The position numbers were made by a program, and so were the translations under genes. 64,000 nucleotides of DNA from Picochlorum sp. SENEW3. Taxonomy: Eukaryota. A model generated the notes under the pieces. It was not told the origin of the DNA, made no database searches, and worked only from the letters and a program-made list of their open reading frames with translations. Location of the stretch: the NCBI GenBank assembly GCA_034226945.1, contig CP120461.1, forward strand, positions 496,001 through 560,000, in the 5' to 3' direction. Of the stretch, positions 48,379-60,676 are shown one piece after another. Positions within the stretch are counted from its first letter, which is position 1; each line of letters opens with the position of its first letter.

Positions 48379-50739
48379 TTATCTAGAGTTTAAGGTATCA
48401 ATAAGTCGAATTATGCATGATGGCACAGGGTAGTCGGTCAGTTTGTCTTTGATATATGTTAGGTGCTGTACATAGCATTTGGTAGCCTCCTCTTGCTCGG
48501 GATCAAACGACATGGCTCCATCTCTAATCCAGACAATAATTTCCTCCCAGATTGACTCAAGCATCGATATGACGTCACTCTCACTTAGAGTATCACTGAT
48601 CACATTGGCAACGATCAGAAAGTTCCTCATCATTGCGTCAACAAGGTCTGAAAATCCTGGAAGGAGCACTCCCTCATATTTACCATTTCTGATCGCTGAT
48701 GATAGCAAAATCGAAGCATCTTTGATAAGTGGTATCATCAAATCACAAGTAACCTGAACAATTTTGTTGCGGATCTCATGGCAATGGAACTTCATGTCAT
48801 CCAAACATCTACTGAATTCATTGCCAAGGACAAGACCATTCGATGATGAGCTCTGATGAACATAATGATTCCGCTCAATAATGGTAATATATATTAGAAG
48901 ATCTATCTGTTGACAAGATACTGCCAAATTTTTCACAGTTATGCTTTTTAAACCAGCAGATTGCATGGCCCCAGCCCCTAGAACCATCTGACATGTTTGA
49001 CTATTGAATTGCCGCAATATCTCTACCACTTTACGACCAATGTCGGCTGAAAATAATGATATAATATTAGCAAAGCTCCTCATAGTTAGTAAATAATCGA
49101 TTAAATGCGTGAAGGATTTGATCACGCCGTATTTCCTATCCCCTAAGACCAAGAGCTGATTTTCTTGGTCACCCTCTACAATCTGAACAGGATCGGATAC
49201 TAGATTAGAGAGCTTTGGCCCCAGTTCCCGAAGATTCGACACATGTCTCCATTTTTCTGATAATATTACTTCTGAGATCTGTGAAGCCCACGTCTCAGAC
49301 GTGGAATCAATGAATGCCCTGCACACATCTTGCTTTGGGCCGGCAAGTGTAGAAGCTGCATGTAGTCCTGCTAAAGACACCTTTGACTCAAACATTTCTA
49401 ACACTTGGAACAAATCCCTCAGCATATATGGCTTGATAACAATGAGCTTTGCTGAATGCGACCATCCTAACAAAACTGATACCCATGTGTTCAAAAAGCA
49501 TTGACAAACCCTCTTCACAAAATCCCATTGAACTGATCCATGATCACGGCATATAGCATCAGCTTCTTCTGACACCTTTAGAGAATCATTAAAAATGTTC
49601 CCTAGCACCTCATATGAGCTAGCCAACGGCTTGTCGCCATCCAAAATTCTTCTGGAAAAATATTCAGAGTCCATGGTGATATTTCTCATGTCAACATCAT
49701 TTGAGCACCCGGTCAAAGCAATATGAACACGTCTGTGAATGATGTCTCGCAGATTTTGATACAAAATAAGACTCAGTGCCTCTTTCTCTTCTCCCATGTA
49801 CCGTATTAATTTGTCAAGTATTGCCACGACAGACTTGATCATGTCATCATGGCAAGAACTTGCTTCAAATAGGCTATCAAGAGCACCACGCAGGGCATCG
49901 CGCAGCATCTTCGATATCTTATCACCAAAATTATACCTATTGAAATCCCTGACGGCGATATACGTACCGCTTAGACGCTGAGTCGTCTCCTGCAAGTCTT
50001 TGAAAGACTCAAGTACAAAGTCATCCTGAGGAAACTTTAATCCTTCTATCGCCTCTACAACCCTACGAAAATCCGCAAACACGCTTCGAAAAGAATTTAA
50101 ATCCTCACAAATATTCAAAACAACCTTTAAATTATGCTGCTTGCGCTTCAGTACTGCTGCACATGCTGCAGAACTCTTGGAAGCACAAGATTGTTCATGA
50201 AATCCTGATCTCTCCTGCTGTATTTCCACCGACAATGCTTTGATAAGTTTTGCCATATTCGCATAGCGAGAACTCAGCGAGCTAAGCTCCTCGTGCTTTT
50301 TGCATATTTCTTCCAGCATCTCCTCCTCCAACAGACTCTCCACATTTTCCAGTTCAGATGCTCTCTTCTCCCAATGATGAGCTTTGTCACTCTCAAAAAC
50401 ATACTCCCACACAGCAGGATCGTTCAAGCGAAACTCATCTTCGAACAAAAACAAAGGCAGCGTCCTCCAGTCGTCTATTCCCGATTCTGTCAGCAACCCT
50501 TGTGCTTGCTGACCTCTTCCACCCACCCTAGCATCCCCAAACTTGGTCAGATACTCTTCAAAATCACCAGAGACAACCCTCGGTAAAATACTCTCAGGCA
50601 CTTCTGGGGCTTTACCATCCTCTTTTCGAGAACCTATCCCAGCTGAAGACCCATCTTGCCAGGAAGACAACTGCAGCAAACCATTTTTAATTGAGATTTC
50701 TGCCAGTTCCCGACAAATCTCCTCCTGACTATCCCCCAT
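48379..50739 (-). CDS. VPS54: GARP complex subunit VPS54-like
   Basis: FNSQTCQMVLGAGAMQSAGLKSITVKNLA signature; LPLFLFEDEFRLNDP near the N-terminus. Confidence 0.85.
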   Translation of the reverse strand: MGDSQEEICRELAEISIKNGLLQLSSWQDGSSAGIGSRKEDGKAPEVPESILPRVVSGDFEEYLTKFGDARVGGRGQQAQGLLTESGIDDWRTLPLFLFEDEFRLNDPAVWEYVFESDKAHHWEKRASELENVESLLEEEMLEEICKKHEELSSLSSRYANMAKLIKALSVEIQQERSGFHEQSCASKSSAACAAVLKRKQHNLKVVLNICEDLNSFRSVFADFRRVVEAIEGLKFPQDDFVLESFKDLQETTQRLSGTYIAVRDFNRYNFGDKISKMLRDALRGALDSLFEASSCHDDMIKSVVAILDKLIRYMGEEKEALSLILYQNLRDIIHRRVHIALTGCSNDVDMRNITMDSEYFSRRILDGDKPLASSYEVLGNIFNDSLKVSEEADAICRDHGSVQWDFVKRVCQCFLNTWVSVLLGWSHSAKLIVIKPYMLRDLFQVLEMFESKVSLAGLHAASTLAGPKQDVCRAFIDSTSETWASQISEVILSEKWRHVSNLRELGPKLSNLVSDPVQIVEGDQENQLLVLGDRKYGVIKSFTHLIDYLLTMRSFANIISLFSADIGRKVVEILRQFNSQTCQMVLGAGAMQSAGLKSITVKNLAVSCQQIDLLIYITIIERNHYVHQSSSSNGLVLGNEFSRCLDDMKFHCHEIRNKIVQVTCDLMIPLIKDASILLSSAIRNGKYEGVLLPGFSDLVDAMMRNFLIVANVISDTLSESDVISMLESIWEEIIVWIRDGAMSFDPEQEEATKCYVQHLTYIKDKLTDYPVPSCIIRLIDTLNSR

Positions 50740-51029
50740 ACCCTCAATTCATTGTTTCTGTTACACTAACCAAGAAACCATTCTTTAAGATTCAGAAATA
50801 CCCTGTGAAGTAGATGCATGCATCTATAGAAATATTTGAAAGGCATGCCTTTCAAAATATCTACTGTCAAAGATACAATTGGACCGGACCAACCACTAGC
50901 ACGTGCCTTGGGCTTGGAGCTAGGCAAGTGGCCATACGATCCAGGCCTTCTGGGTGTCAAGAGGCCAGAGTCACCCAGAAGATACTGCTTTGCATTTGAT
51001 TATTTCATATCTGAGAGGATAATTTATAT

Positions 51030-53601
51030 ATGGTTGACTATAATAGCATACGAGGTAGTATGCGACTGGGAGGACAGCACAAGGGCCTTGGGGTGCTCCG
51101 CACCACAAGACCTGTGAACACGAGACGTTCGCGGTTGTTTCGTCCAGAATGCCGAGCTGTACGTGATTTTTGAAATACATGAATTAATTATTTGTGGGTT
51201 GTGGGTCCTTTTATGCGTTTGACACAACAGGTTACAGCGAGAGGTGTCGATCACGATGCGCCATGCCCAGTGACATTTTTCATTGTTTCATTTTGGATGC
51301 AGACAACTTCGGTCAAAGAAATGTCACAGCAAATGCGCGACGTTCGAAGTCAGATGGAAGAGGACGAAAACTTGAAAGTTCTCATGGCGAGTTTGCGGGG
51401 ACAGAATTTGTCAGATGCCGATTTCGCGGATGAGAGCGTTGAGATGAAGCTTGTAGTTGTTGATGAGGATGGAGAAGCTCTACCTTTGGAATATGATCCG
51501 GATTTGATACGAGATTACTGGGGGAGGAGGCCTGTTGCTGTATTTCGCAGGGTGTTCCAGCTGTTGAGTATTGCAGGAGGTTTTCTTGGAGGCGTTGGTC
51601 TGGATTTGTTGACTGGTACAGGGAAAGAAAACGAAGTGCAGAGAGCTATACAGTTGAGAAATATTATGACATCCTTGGGGCCAGCATATATCAAGCTTGG
51701 TCAGGCATTGTCCATTCGGCCAGACTTGTTGTCCCCTGCGGCCATGAATGAGTTGCAGCAATTGTGTGACAAGGTGCCCAGTTTCGATTCTAAAATTGCA
51801 ATGAAGCAATTGCAGGAGGAGCTTGGCAAGCCTTGGACTGAAATATATGCAGAATTGACACCCGAACCAATAGCTGCAGCCTCTCTTGGACAGGTGTACA
51901 AGGGAAAATTGAAGACTGGGGAGGAGGTTGCTGTGAAGGTGCAGCGGCCGGGCGTTTTGGAAACTGTCACTGTAGATTTATACATCATTCGTAGTCTCGG
52001 CCTTATCCTGCGTAATTTCCCAGAAATTACAGCAAGAGCAGACATTGTTGCCTTGTTGGATGAGTGGGCTGCAAGGTTCTTTGAAGAACTAGATTACGTG
52101 CGTGAGGGGAATAATGCGACGAGATTTGCAGAGCTTATTAGCACTGACTTGCCACAGGTTGTAGTTCCCAAGACCTATGAGGAATTTACTTCTAGGAGGG
52201 TTTTGACGACGCAGTGGTTGGATGGAGAAAAGCTCAGCCAGAGTCAGGCTGATGATGTTGGGAAATTGGTGAATGTTGGAGTAATCTGCTACCTCAAGCA
52301 ACTTTTAGATACAGGTTTATTCCATGCTGTACGTGATGGTTTTGTTTTATCGCGTCTCCCCTGGTATATATCACGACATCCGAATTTGTTTGCAGGATCC
52401 ACATCCAGGGAACATGATAAGGACACCAGATGGCCGCCTCGCCATCTTGGATTTTGGCTTGATGACAGAAATCGATGATAATATCAAGTATGGAATGATC
52501 GAAGCGATCAGCCATCTCGTCCACAGGGATTACGACGCCATTGTTGAAGATTTTGTGACCCTGGACTTTATTCCAGAAGACACTGATCTGAGTCCTATAC
52601 TGCCAGTCTTGGCAAAGGTGTTTGACCAAGCCTTGGAAGGTGGGGGTGCAAAAAATATCAACTTTCAGGACCTGGCTGCAGATCTTGCACAAATCACGTT
52701 TGATTATCCATTCAGAATTCCGCCATATTTTGCTCTGATTATCCGTGCCATTGGAGTTTTAGAAGGTATTGCTCTAGTGGGAGATCCTAATTTTGCGATT
52801 GTGGACGAAGCATTCCCTTATATTTCTAAAAGGCTGATGACAGACGACTCCCCAAGGTTGAGAGAAGCATTGCGGTATATGGTGTATGGGAAATCATCAA
52901 CCTTTGATGCTGATAGACTCATCGACCTTCTGGATGCTTTTGAGACATTCTCTGACAATTCAAAGTCTGCCAGGGGGTCTCTTGATTTGAATGAAAACGT
53001 GGATATTCCAATCATTGAGAGTGGAAATGAGCGTAGGAATCAGATGCGATTCCCACGCATCCCAGGACTAGGATCTTGGGACCCCATTTCTGCGGGTGCC
53101 GGACTTCTGACAGCGCCTCTATTCGCGCTCAACTCGATGATTGTTGTTGGCATGGATAGCACAAACGAGGATATCAGAACAAGGGAGGCCCTCAAGTTTA
53201 TTCTTGCTCCAGAGGGATCATTTTTCAGAGATTTCCTCATGGAAGAAGCAGTCAAATCTGTTGATGCCTTGTCCAGAAACCAACTGAGAGAATTAGTCGC
53301 ATTACTCGGACTCGAGGATGTACTGATTCCAATCTTGGTTCCAGGAGCCTCTCGTAGACTACTGCCACTGGCCCCACCTCTGGAAGATGATGATCAAATT
53401 GTTGTCCAAAACTTGGTCAAGGTGGTCAACTTCCTGTCTGGAGGCAATGCTGTATATGCCCTCTCAGGATTCATCAATCCATCAGCTAGGGAACTGTTAC
53501 CATATGTTCCTGGACTTGCTTCTGAAGTCCTCCCTGAATTCTCGCGGCGCCTGTTCAGCAGAATATCTGCCAGAATTCTCAGAGATGTATTTGTTGAATG
53601 A
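51030..53601 (+). CDS. Plastid ABC1/UbiB atypical kinase (ABC1K6-like); introns about 51159-51302 and 52329-52396
   Basis: LGPAYIKLGQ, PIAAASLGQVY, VAVKVQRP, FHA|DPHPGN and ILDFG; Arg-rich transit exon starting MVDYNSIRG. Confidence 0.92.
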
Positions 53602-53704
53602 ACACGATAATGCACGCCATCTGTTGTTGTTTCGTACGATTCTTTATTTGATTCTTCACATAGTGTAAACAGATCTTAAGATTACAGATAATAGAACAAA
53701 ACAT

Positions 53705-54278
53705 TCAAACTCCAGTGGAGCCATAGCCACCGGCGCCACGGGTTGTCTCGTCCAAAGACTCGACTTCCTCCACACGTGGAGTCATAATTCTCTCAAGAAT
53801 CAGCTGAGCAACGCGGTCCCCTTGTTTCACCTCAAAATCCTCATCACTGTGATTGAAGAGTACTACTCCAACGTTCCCACGATAATCTTCGTCCACAACA
53901 CCGGCTCCCGTATCAATGAACTTCTTCACTGCCAATCCAGACCGGGGAGCAATGCGGGCATATGTGCCATGTGGGATGGCGATGGACAAGTCCGTCTTCA
54001 CAATCCCCTTACCACGAGCAGGAATCACAGTATCTTCCGCACTGCAATGATCAAAATGGTTAATTGTAACACGAGCGACCAGGCAAGAATGAAGAGAAAG
54101 ACAACAAAACATACCTTGACAGGTCATACCCAGCTGCACCGGCAGATCCTCTCACAGGAATCGTAGCTCGATCAGATAATTTCTTCACCCTGAGTAATGG
54201 TTCATTCTCGACCTTTTGCATCTTGGTTGGTTGAGGGACGTTCTCTCCTCCCGTAATTGCAGACAGTGGTTGAGACAT
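53705..54278 (-). CDS. DUT: dUTP pyrophosphatase, 2 exons
   Basis: [37 protein letters not shown] and [10 protein letters not shown] (all five dUTPase motifs). Confidence 0.97.
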
Positions 54279-54574
54279 TGTTCGAATACAGTGTTTCTTC
54301 AGGTTGTATGCCTTTCTAAAAGAATAACACTCACGATGAAGGAATAATTTACGCAGAGAAGAATACTTTGAGGCGATAATAAACATTAGAATAGTGCCTC
54401 GGCTGGCGACGTCTCAAAATTCAAATTTTCAAACCCACGTCTTTGGTTGATCTGATTGTCCCATAAATCAAATAGTTTGATGGGATGCATATCCCGGTCT
54501 TGTTGGAGATCTGTCTTTTGAAAAACAGATGGACGTTCGGCCATTGTTGTGGCAGATTTCATTGATATTGATAT

Positions 54575-55694
54575 ATGGATGATACAGAGCTTGATTCTAC
54601 AGACGATACGGCGGTGAAAACGTTCAGTCGACGGCGGGTTGGGAAATCCAGGTTGGTCAGAGAGTTGAAATTTGCTTCTTCGAACGTGGCGTAGCACGGA
54701 TATACGTACAAATTTATTTATGTGGTTTTCGTAGGCGGTCCGGAAGTCAATTAGATGCGGATGGATTGAGCCAACCGAAGGAGTCGGTGGGTGGGCGGTT
54801 GGCAGGACTGGTACCCTCCTGTGTTTCTTCAGATGCAGCAAGAAGCGAAGTTCATGGTACCAAGACGCTGCAATGCGGCGAAAATGTAGCCTTGACGAAG
54901 AAGAATAACAAAAGAAAGAAGATGACACAGATGTTTCTGGATGTGGGTCAGAGGAATTTTTTTTCAACACAATGTACTTTGTGTGGATTTGTGTACACAC
55001 CAGGGAATAGGGAGGAGGAGCGCCTTCACGATGCTCATCATCGGGATAAGCTTCATTTAGAAGCTTTGAAAGTGAAGACTATTCCCTCAGGGGCCAAATT
55101 GATGTCTCGTGACGAGCAGGGTGCAATTTACAAGGTACACTACTCTTCAGAACGGACAGATGTCAGTGGCATCAAGGCAGTCGTGGTATGTATGTGGGTT
55201 CTGTTTGCTGTATATGGTTTTGAATTTGATCTATTGATTTATTATAGGATCGTATTTGCACAATGGTCGAGGGCGAAATGGGTACTGTGAATGGATGGGC
55301 TGCCAGGAATGATGCTATTGTGTTCATGTATGTCAATTCTCGAAAGGAGGTGATTGGATGCGTTATTCTAGAAGCAAACCCTATGTTAGCACAGATTGCA
55401 TACTTTACTGGGGTTAAAAGCAATAAAGGGATCGTTCTGAAACGGAAGGAGGAGAATGGAAGAAGGAAGAAATGCCAATGTGCTGTTCGCTTGATGTGGA
55501 CTTTTGGTGCATATCGTAGAAAAAGGGTCACTTCAAAATTATTAGACTGTGCAAGAGCTCAGTTAATATCCGGTCAAATCATTCCTAGGGCGAATATTGC
55601 ATTCTCTCAACCGACAGAGATTGGTGCACTGTTTATTCAGCAGTACACAGACTCTTCAGAATTCTTTGTCTACGATGGAGACACGCGTGTATAG
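54575..55694 (+). CDS. ECO1: Cohesin acetyltransferase ECO1/CTF7, 3 exons
   Basis: PIP-like QMFLDVG, zinc finger CTLCGFVY..EE..H..HH, GNAT RLMWT..YRRKRV and IAFSQPT; first exon MDDTELDS.. spliced in frame. Confidence 0.9.
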
Positions 55695-55725
55695 TTTCAT
55701 GTCACACCGAAGAATATATAATATA

Positions 55726-57495
55726 TTATGGTTCGTTCCATTCACCAGCATCGTACTTCTTCCGAGTCGCAGGATGTTTCAAAACTTCGTATGCTCGAAT
55801 AAGCCGCTGGAAAACTTTCTTTGCCTCTGCTTTGCTTTCAGAGCAGCTGTGCTTGTCAGGATGATATCTGAGTACTTTTTTATAGAATTTCTGCTTTATT
55901 TCATGTTGGGTAACAAAATTCGACGGATCTAGGCCAAGAACTTGGTAAAATCCAAGATAGTCTAGGTTTCTCTTGTGAGACATTCCTTCTGTGTCAATTG
56001 ATCTGCAGGCACAAGTAGCGCTTGTATCACGACGAATTGTCACATGATAATCGAATAATATTATGATCATACCTTTTTCTTGGACCCCACCGTGCTTCTC
56101 TTCTCATTTCTCGCTCACTATCAGCACGCCTTCTCTTTTGTGCCTCCTCCCTCTCTCTATCAAGTATTCGCATTTTTTCGAGCCTGGATCTATGTGCATT
56201 CCATAAATTCTCAGCCCAGAGTTTTCTCTTTTCCGGGTCGCATGGGTCTTTCGTTCCTTGCTCCCATCTGGTCCACTCTTTCAACATGCGTTCTATTTCC
56301 CTGTCCTTCAACACCTGGAGGTGCTCCTCATTGTTCCCAATGTTAAACCCATCATCAAACTGAGAAAATAACTCGTACTCTTTATTCTGTCTAATCGTCT
56401 CCGGGAGCACTTGTGCAAGTAGTGCGCATGTCGCTGCAACCCCAGAAGATGTAAAGACATAATCAAAGAATGACCAGGCAGCTGCATTGTATCCAAGCAT
56501 GCTCCGCATTGCAGTTGAGACACCCATCGCTAATGTAGCTCCTATCCCTCCCAAGACCGCAGACTTTTTCACACTTATATGCTCATTACTTGCAACACGT
56601 CCACTGACAGCACTTACCATGGCATAAAATTTGCTTGGAATACGCTCTCCATGCACATTAATCTTCTCACCATATGTATACCGAACAATATAAGCTGGCA
56701 GATGGACAACTTTTGAAAAATTCGGGACTCCTGTCAAGCGAAGTTTGACGCAATCTATTGATGTATTCCTATGTTTTTGTTCCAGCAATGCCCTCAACGC
56801 GCGTTCCTCCTTTGCATACACATTCCTCCATGCAAAGTTCCATGCCAAACTCCTCTTCATGTCAATAGCATCAGGTTCAGCCATGTCGCCAGGACGCTCA
56901 CAGACAGCCATATCTACTCCTACCTTTCCAGGCTTCAATGTATCAATGAAATCAAATCGATACTGGAAAGTGCCACAGATTTGCATGGCATCCTCGTTCT
57001 CATGAGCAACAAAACGTGCCCCCTCAGACCAGGGCATTGATTTCCACTCTACTATTTTCCCACTGTCGTCTTTCAAACCAACACGGTACGAGTAATCATA
57101 TCTGAATGTCCCTCGGAACAACCAAAATGGTACAAATACCTTTTCCCATGCATGCTCCTCTGACAAAACAAATTTGCCTGGTGACAACCACTTTTGACTA
57201 TGGAAGGCCACAAAATTGTCCCTCGCCTGCACCCAAGCAACTCCAGTATAATGATCCTTAATTTCATACAATATAAAAGCGATGAAATACGTACTCGTGC
57301 TTCATCAGAGATGATTTGGGGTATTATTTTGAAACTCTCTACACACAAACTCCAGGCGTCAAGTCTCTCTCTCCTCAGATATAATCCAGAGATTGGTTAT
57401 GTATTCAAATGATAGATGTGTAAATTACCTGCGACTGTGGTGTATTTTCGAGAATTCAGTGGCAAACTGTGACAGCGCAAAGCTACTGTAACCAT
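55726..57495 (-). CDS. Membrane protein with C-terminal J domain (DnaJ type III), multi-exon
   Basis: C-terminal GFYQVLGL..EIKQKFYK..YHPDK..FQRLIRAYEVL; two hydrophobic segments; first exon MVTVALRCHSLPLNSRKYTTVA|gtaatt. Confidence 0.8.
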
Positions 57496-57740
57496 CGTCC
57501 TTTTTCTAGGGGCACTATTTCATCCTAGATTCTTTTGACAAGACTGGAAATACTTAGATTACATATTTATGAAAGTAATGCAAATATTTCTGAGATTTGC
57601 GTCGCATGATGTCAGGGTTGGGTCCATTGCAGGCAGGTTGACCCAATGCATTGGGTTTGAACCCAAATATGGCAGTTGCATCCCATCCGGCAAGGAGGAA
57701 GTCCGTGTTGAAAGTCAGCATGTTTGTGACACTATGGAAC

Positions 57741-59663
57741 TTATTGTACCTCCATTTCTGCGAAATCCAATGCAATCTTAATTCTAAAATCGTCAATGTC
57801 TCCCTGGGTGAAGTTTAGTTTTGCAGCCATGCTCTGCATGGTGATGACAGAATACGTGGTTAGATTATACAACTGGGAATCGACTTAATACAAAAAAAGC
57901 AATATCGTACAAGATAGTTGGCGAATAGTACAAGAAAGACTCCACAATCTACGCCATTTTGCTGCTGAGGGATGTTCTTGTGATAGACCTTTGGCCATTC
58001 CAATATGTCAAGTCTCTGCAATAGCATGATGTTTGAATCCATTCAACAGGGGCGACTTGACTAGTAAGTAAAAGAAGAATATTCAAATCGCAACCCACCT
58101 TTTCGTCTCTTTTATTTTGGAATTCATCTGATAGGTACTGTGCTAAATATGTGAGGCATTCGCTGTCTTCCCCCTGCACGAATGAGGCACAGACATTATA
58201 GCATGATATGACCTATGATTGTATACAAGTATTAGATGCACGCCATACCTTGAGCGAATCATAATATTCTAATCTCTCATTCTCCAAATCTATGACGGCA
58301 CATACCCAATGCATATTGCTCTGGTTTACTGGAACAATGATTCGATCACAGTCCAGAATTGACGCTCTGCTCTGACCTCCTGCCTTTAATCTTCCGGGTG
58401 CTGTCCATCTTCGAACAGAATTGTAATCGTATGTGCCCGCGTCTTTGTACAGCTTGGAGAGGAAAAAACTGTTGAAGAAGTGGCACTTGGGGTAGTCTGT
58501 TTTCCCATTTGCATGCACTTTTGTGTCTCTGTCCTGCAAAAGTCGCATGTACAAATTGATGATTTCGTCATTCAGCCAGCATCCTGGCCTCAGACGAGCC
58601 AAATCATTGCCGCTCAAAGAGACTTTAGATTTCTCGTGTTTCAACATTGGTCCAGATGAGGCTGCAAGAACATTTACACAAGATGACGACATAGAATGAC
58701 AGATGTACACATCATGATACGAATCAACGTACGGGACCGCGTAATCTCTTCGAACTTTTCTATATCACCATCAGATATCTTTGGCAGAGGCACGACTCTT
58801 TTGAATCCTGGACCTGCCTTTGGCTCTAAACGCAACTTTCTAATCCTGCTGATATTTTCTTCAATCTGCGCAGATATCCATGCATAAAATCTCATAAAGA
58901 GTTCAAGAGAAACAACAAATGCATACATAAAACGTACTTCATTCAACTCATTTTGAATTCTCTGTGCAGATGAATAATCCAACAAGGAACTTGCCCTTTT
59001 TGTCAGTGACTGGACCCTGTCGTAGTGGTATCTATATGCATCTTTTGGTGATTCAATACCTTTGCTATACCGCCTTTCAAGGATCCTTTTCTCATGTACA
59101 TCCATCATTGACTGCAGCCTATCAAGAAAGCGGCCATAAAAATCAGCATGGGCGGCAGGATTCTTCTTACTTCTGTCGTGCTCCTGAGTACTTTTTAATG
59201 CATCATGGCGATCCGAATGATCAGATGGATTGGACATAGGTACATGATATCCTATCGATTTACTGAGAAGAATACTGTCGTTTCCATGGACTGGATTTTC
59301 CAGAAGTTGTACTGCAGATCCAATATCGCCCCCTGGAAGATCATCTCTCCGAGCAGTTTTCTCGGTCGATGTCGGCGATGGAAACTGTCTCCACACAAAA
59401 CCACCATTCTTTGCTCCGACGGAAACAGAAGGCAACAAGTCTGCATATTTTGCAGCAGTGCCACCACCTTGTTCCTGCAGTGCAGCAGGCTGCCTCTTCT
59501 CCAAAGGCGCAGAAGCATTAAGATCCGTCATTCCGCCCTCTGATACTCCATATTTTTTCTTACTTTGCTGCTCTTCCTCATCGCCTTCTCGAGACCTTTT
59601 CTTCGCACGAGTAGGCGTGAAAGCTCCTTTAAACGCCGATAGAAGCTTACTCAATAGCACCAT
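57741..59663 (-). CDS. SUMO protease (ULP1/ESD4-like, peptidase C48), multi-exon
   Basis: LRPGCWLNDEIIN, HFFNSFF, VRRWT, MHWVCA, YYDSL and IPQQQNGVDCGVF. Confidence 0.93.
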
Positions 59664-60108
59664 CGAATCGATCTGTTTTTACTATCAAACATGCCAACGG
59701 TGATATATATCGTACTGAAAACATAACAATTCATTCAGCAGAGTTGTCCTGTTTACCCAGTGAATTTCAAGTTTCAAAATACTGAGATATTGCTGTAACC
59801 AGAAAATGATTCCAGGACACATGTGCGAGTCTTTGACCTGATATATGTCATCATTGCGTTGAATCATCTGTGTAAATCAATTCGAGATTCCACCACCCCG
59901 AGAGAATGTGATGCGATCGTACGTTTGAGAAGACCACCCTGATTAAGAACCCACTCCTCCATGGCATGGGTGGCTGGCCAGACTGTAAAAAGTGTCAAAA
60001 AGTGACAAGTACCACGCTCTCTCCGCGCAGCCTCAGCTACCTATTAATTCAATTTATATAGAGATCGAAATTGATTCATGTAAATTTGTGTGATAGCGGA
60101 GAGAAGAT

Positions 60109-60611
60109 ATGGCGAACGCTCCAGACCGCTATGAGCGGTTCATGGTTCAAGAAGGAACTTTAAAGTACGCCTTTGCCTCTATATGTAGACATGAATATAT
60201 ATTTATAACCATGTTGTCAATCGCAGGATTGATTTTGAGAAGGATACGCGTCTACCAAACGCTGGCACATTCATAGTTCAACGCGAGGATCATACAATTG
60301 GCAATTTGATGAGGATGTGCGTAGTTTAATAGCTTTATGATACTTATGTGTACTATTGAACATGAAAGATGAGCTACGTATGTGGGATTATGGTTTGTTG
60401 CAGGCAACTTCACAGGGACCCAAACGTTACTTTCGCTGGTTACAGGATTCCACATCCACTGGAGTATCAAATGTTGGTGAAGTTGTCGACAAATGGTTCA
60501 AAGACACCAGTGGTTGCTGCGAAAGAGGCAGTGACTGCCTTGAAATACGAAATAGGCAACTTGAATCAGCAGTTTGCTCAGGAAGCTACTCGGTTTCCTC
60601 ATGCGTACTAG
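60109..60611 (+). CDS. RPB11: RNA polymerase II subunit RPB11, 3 exons
   Basis: MANAPDRYERF|..DTRLPNAGTFIVQREDHTIGNLMR|..DPNVTFAGYRIPHPL. Confidence 0.96.
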
Positions 60612-60676
60612 CGAATGTCACGTCGCAAATAGATAGTTATTTATTCAGTTCTAACCTAATCATCAAGTTATCTGTA

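Noticed and set aside
54386..55000. 204-aa minus-strand ORF upstream of dUTPase
   Set aside because: Non-ATG start and antisense to ECO1 exons
57694..57706. GAGGAAGTCC resembling the RNase P/MRP CR-I motif
   Set aside because: Imperfect match, no CR-V partner, and too little room before the next CDS
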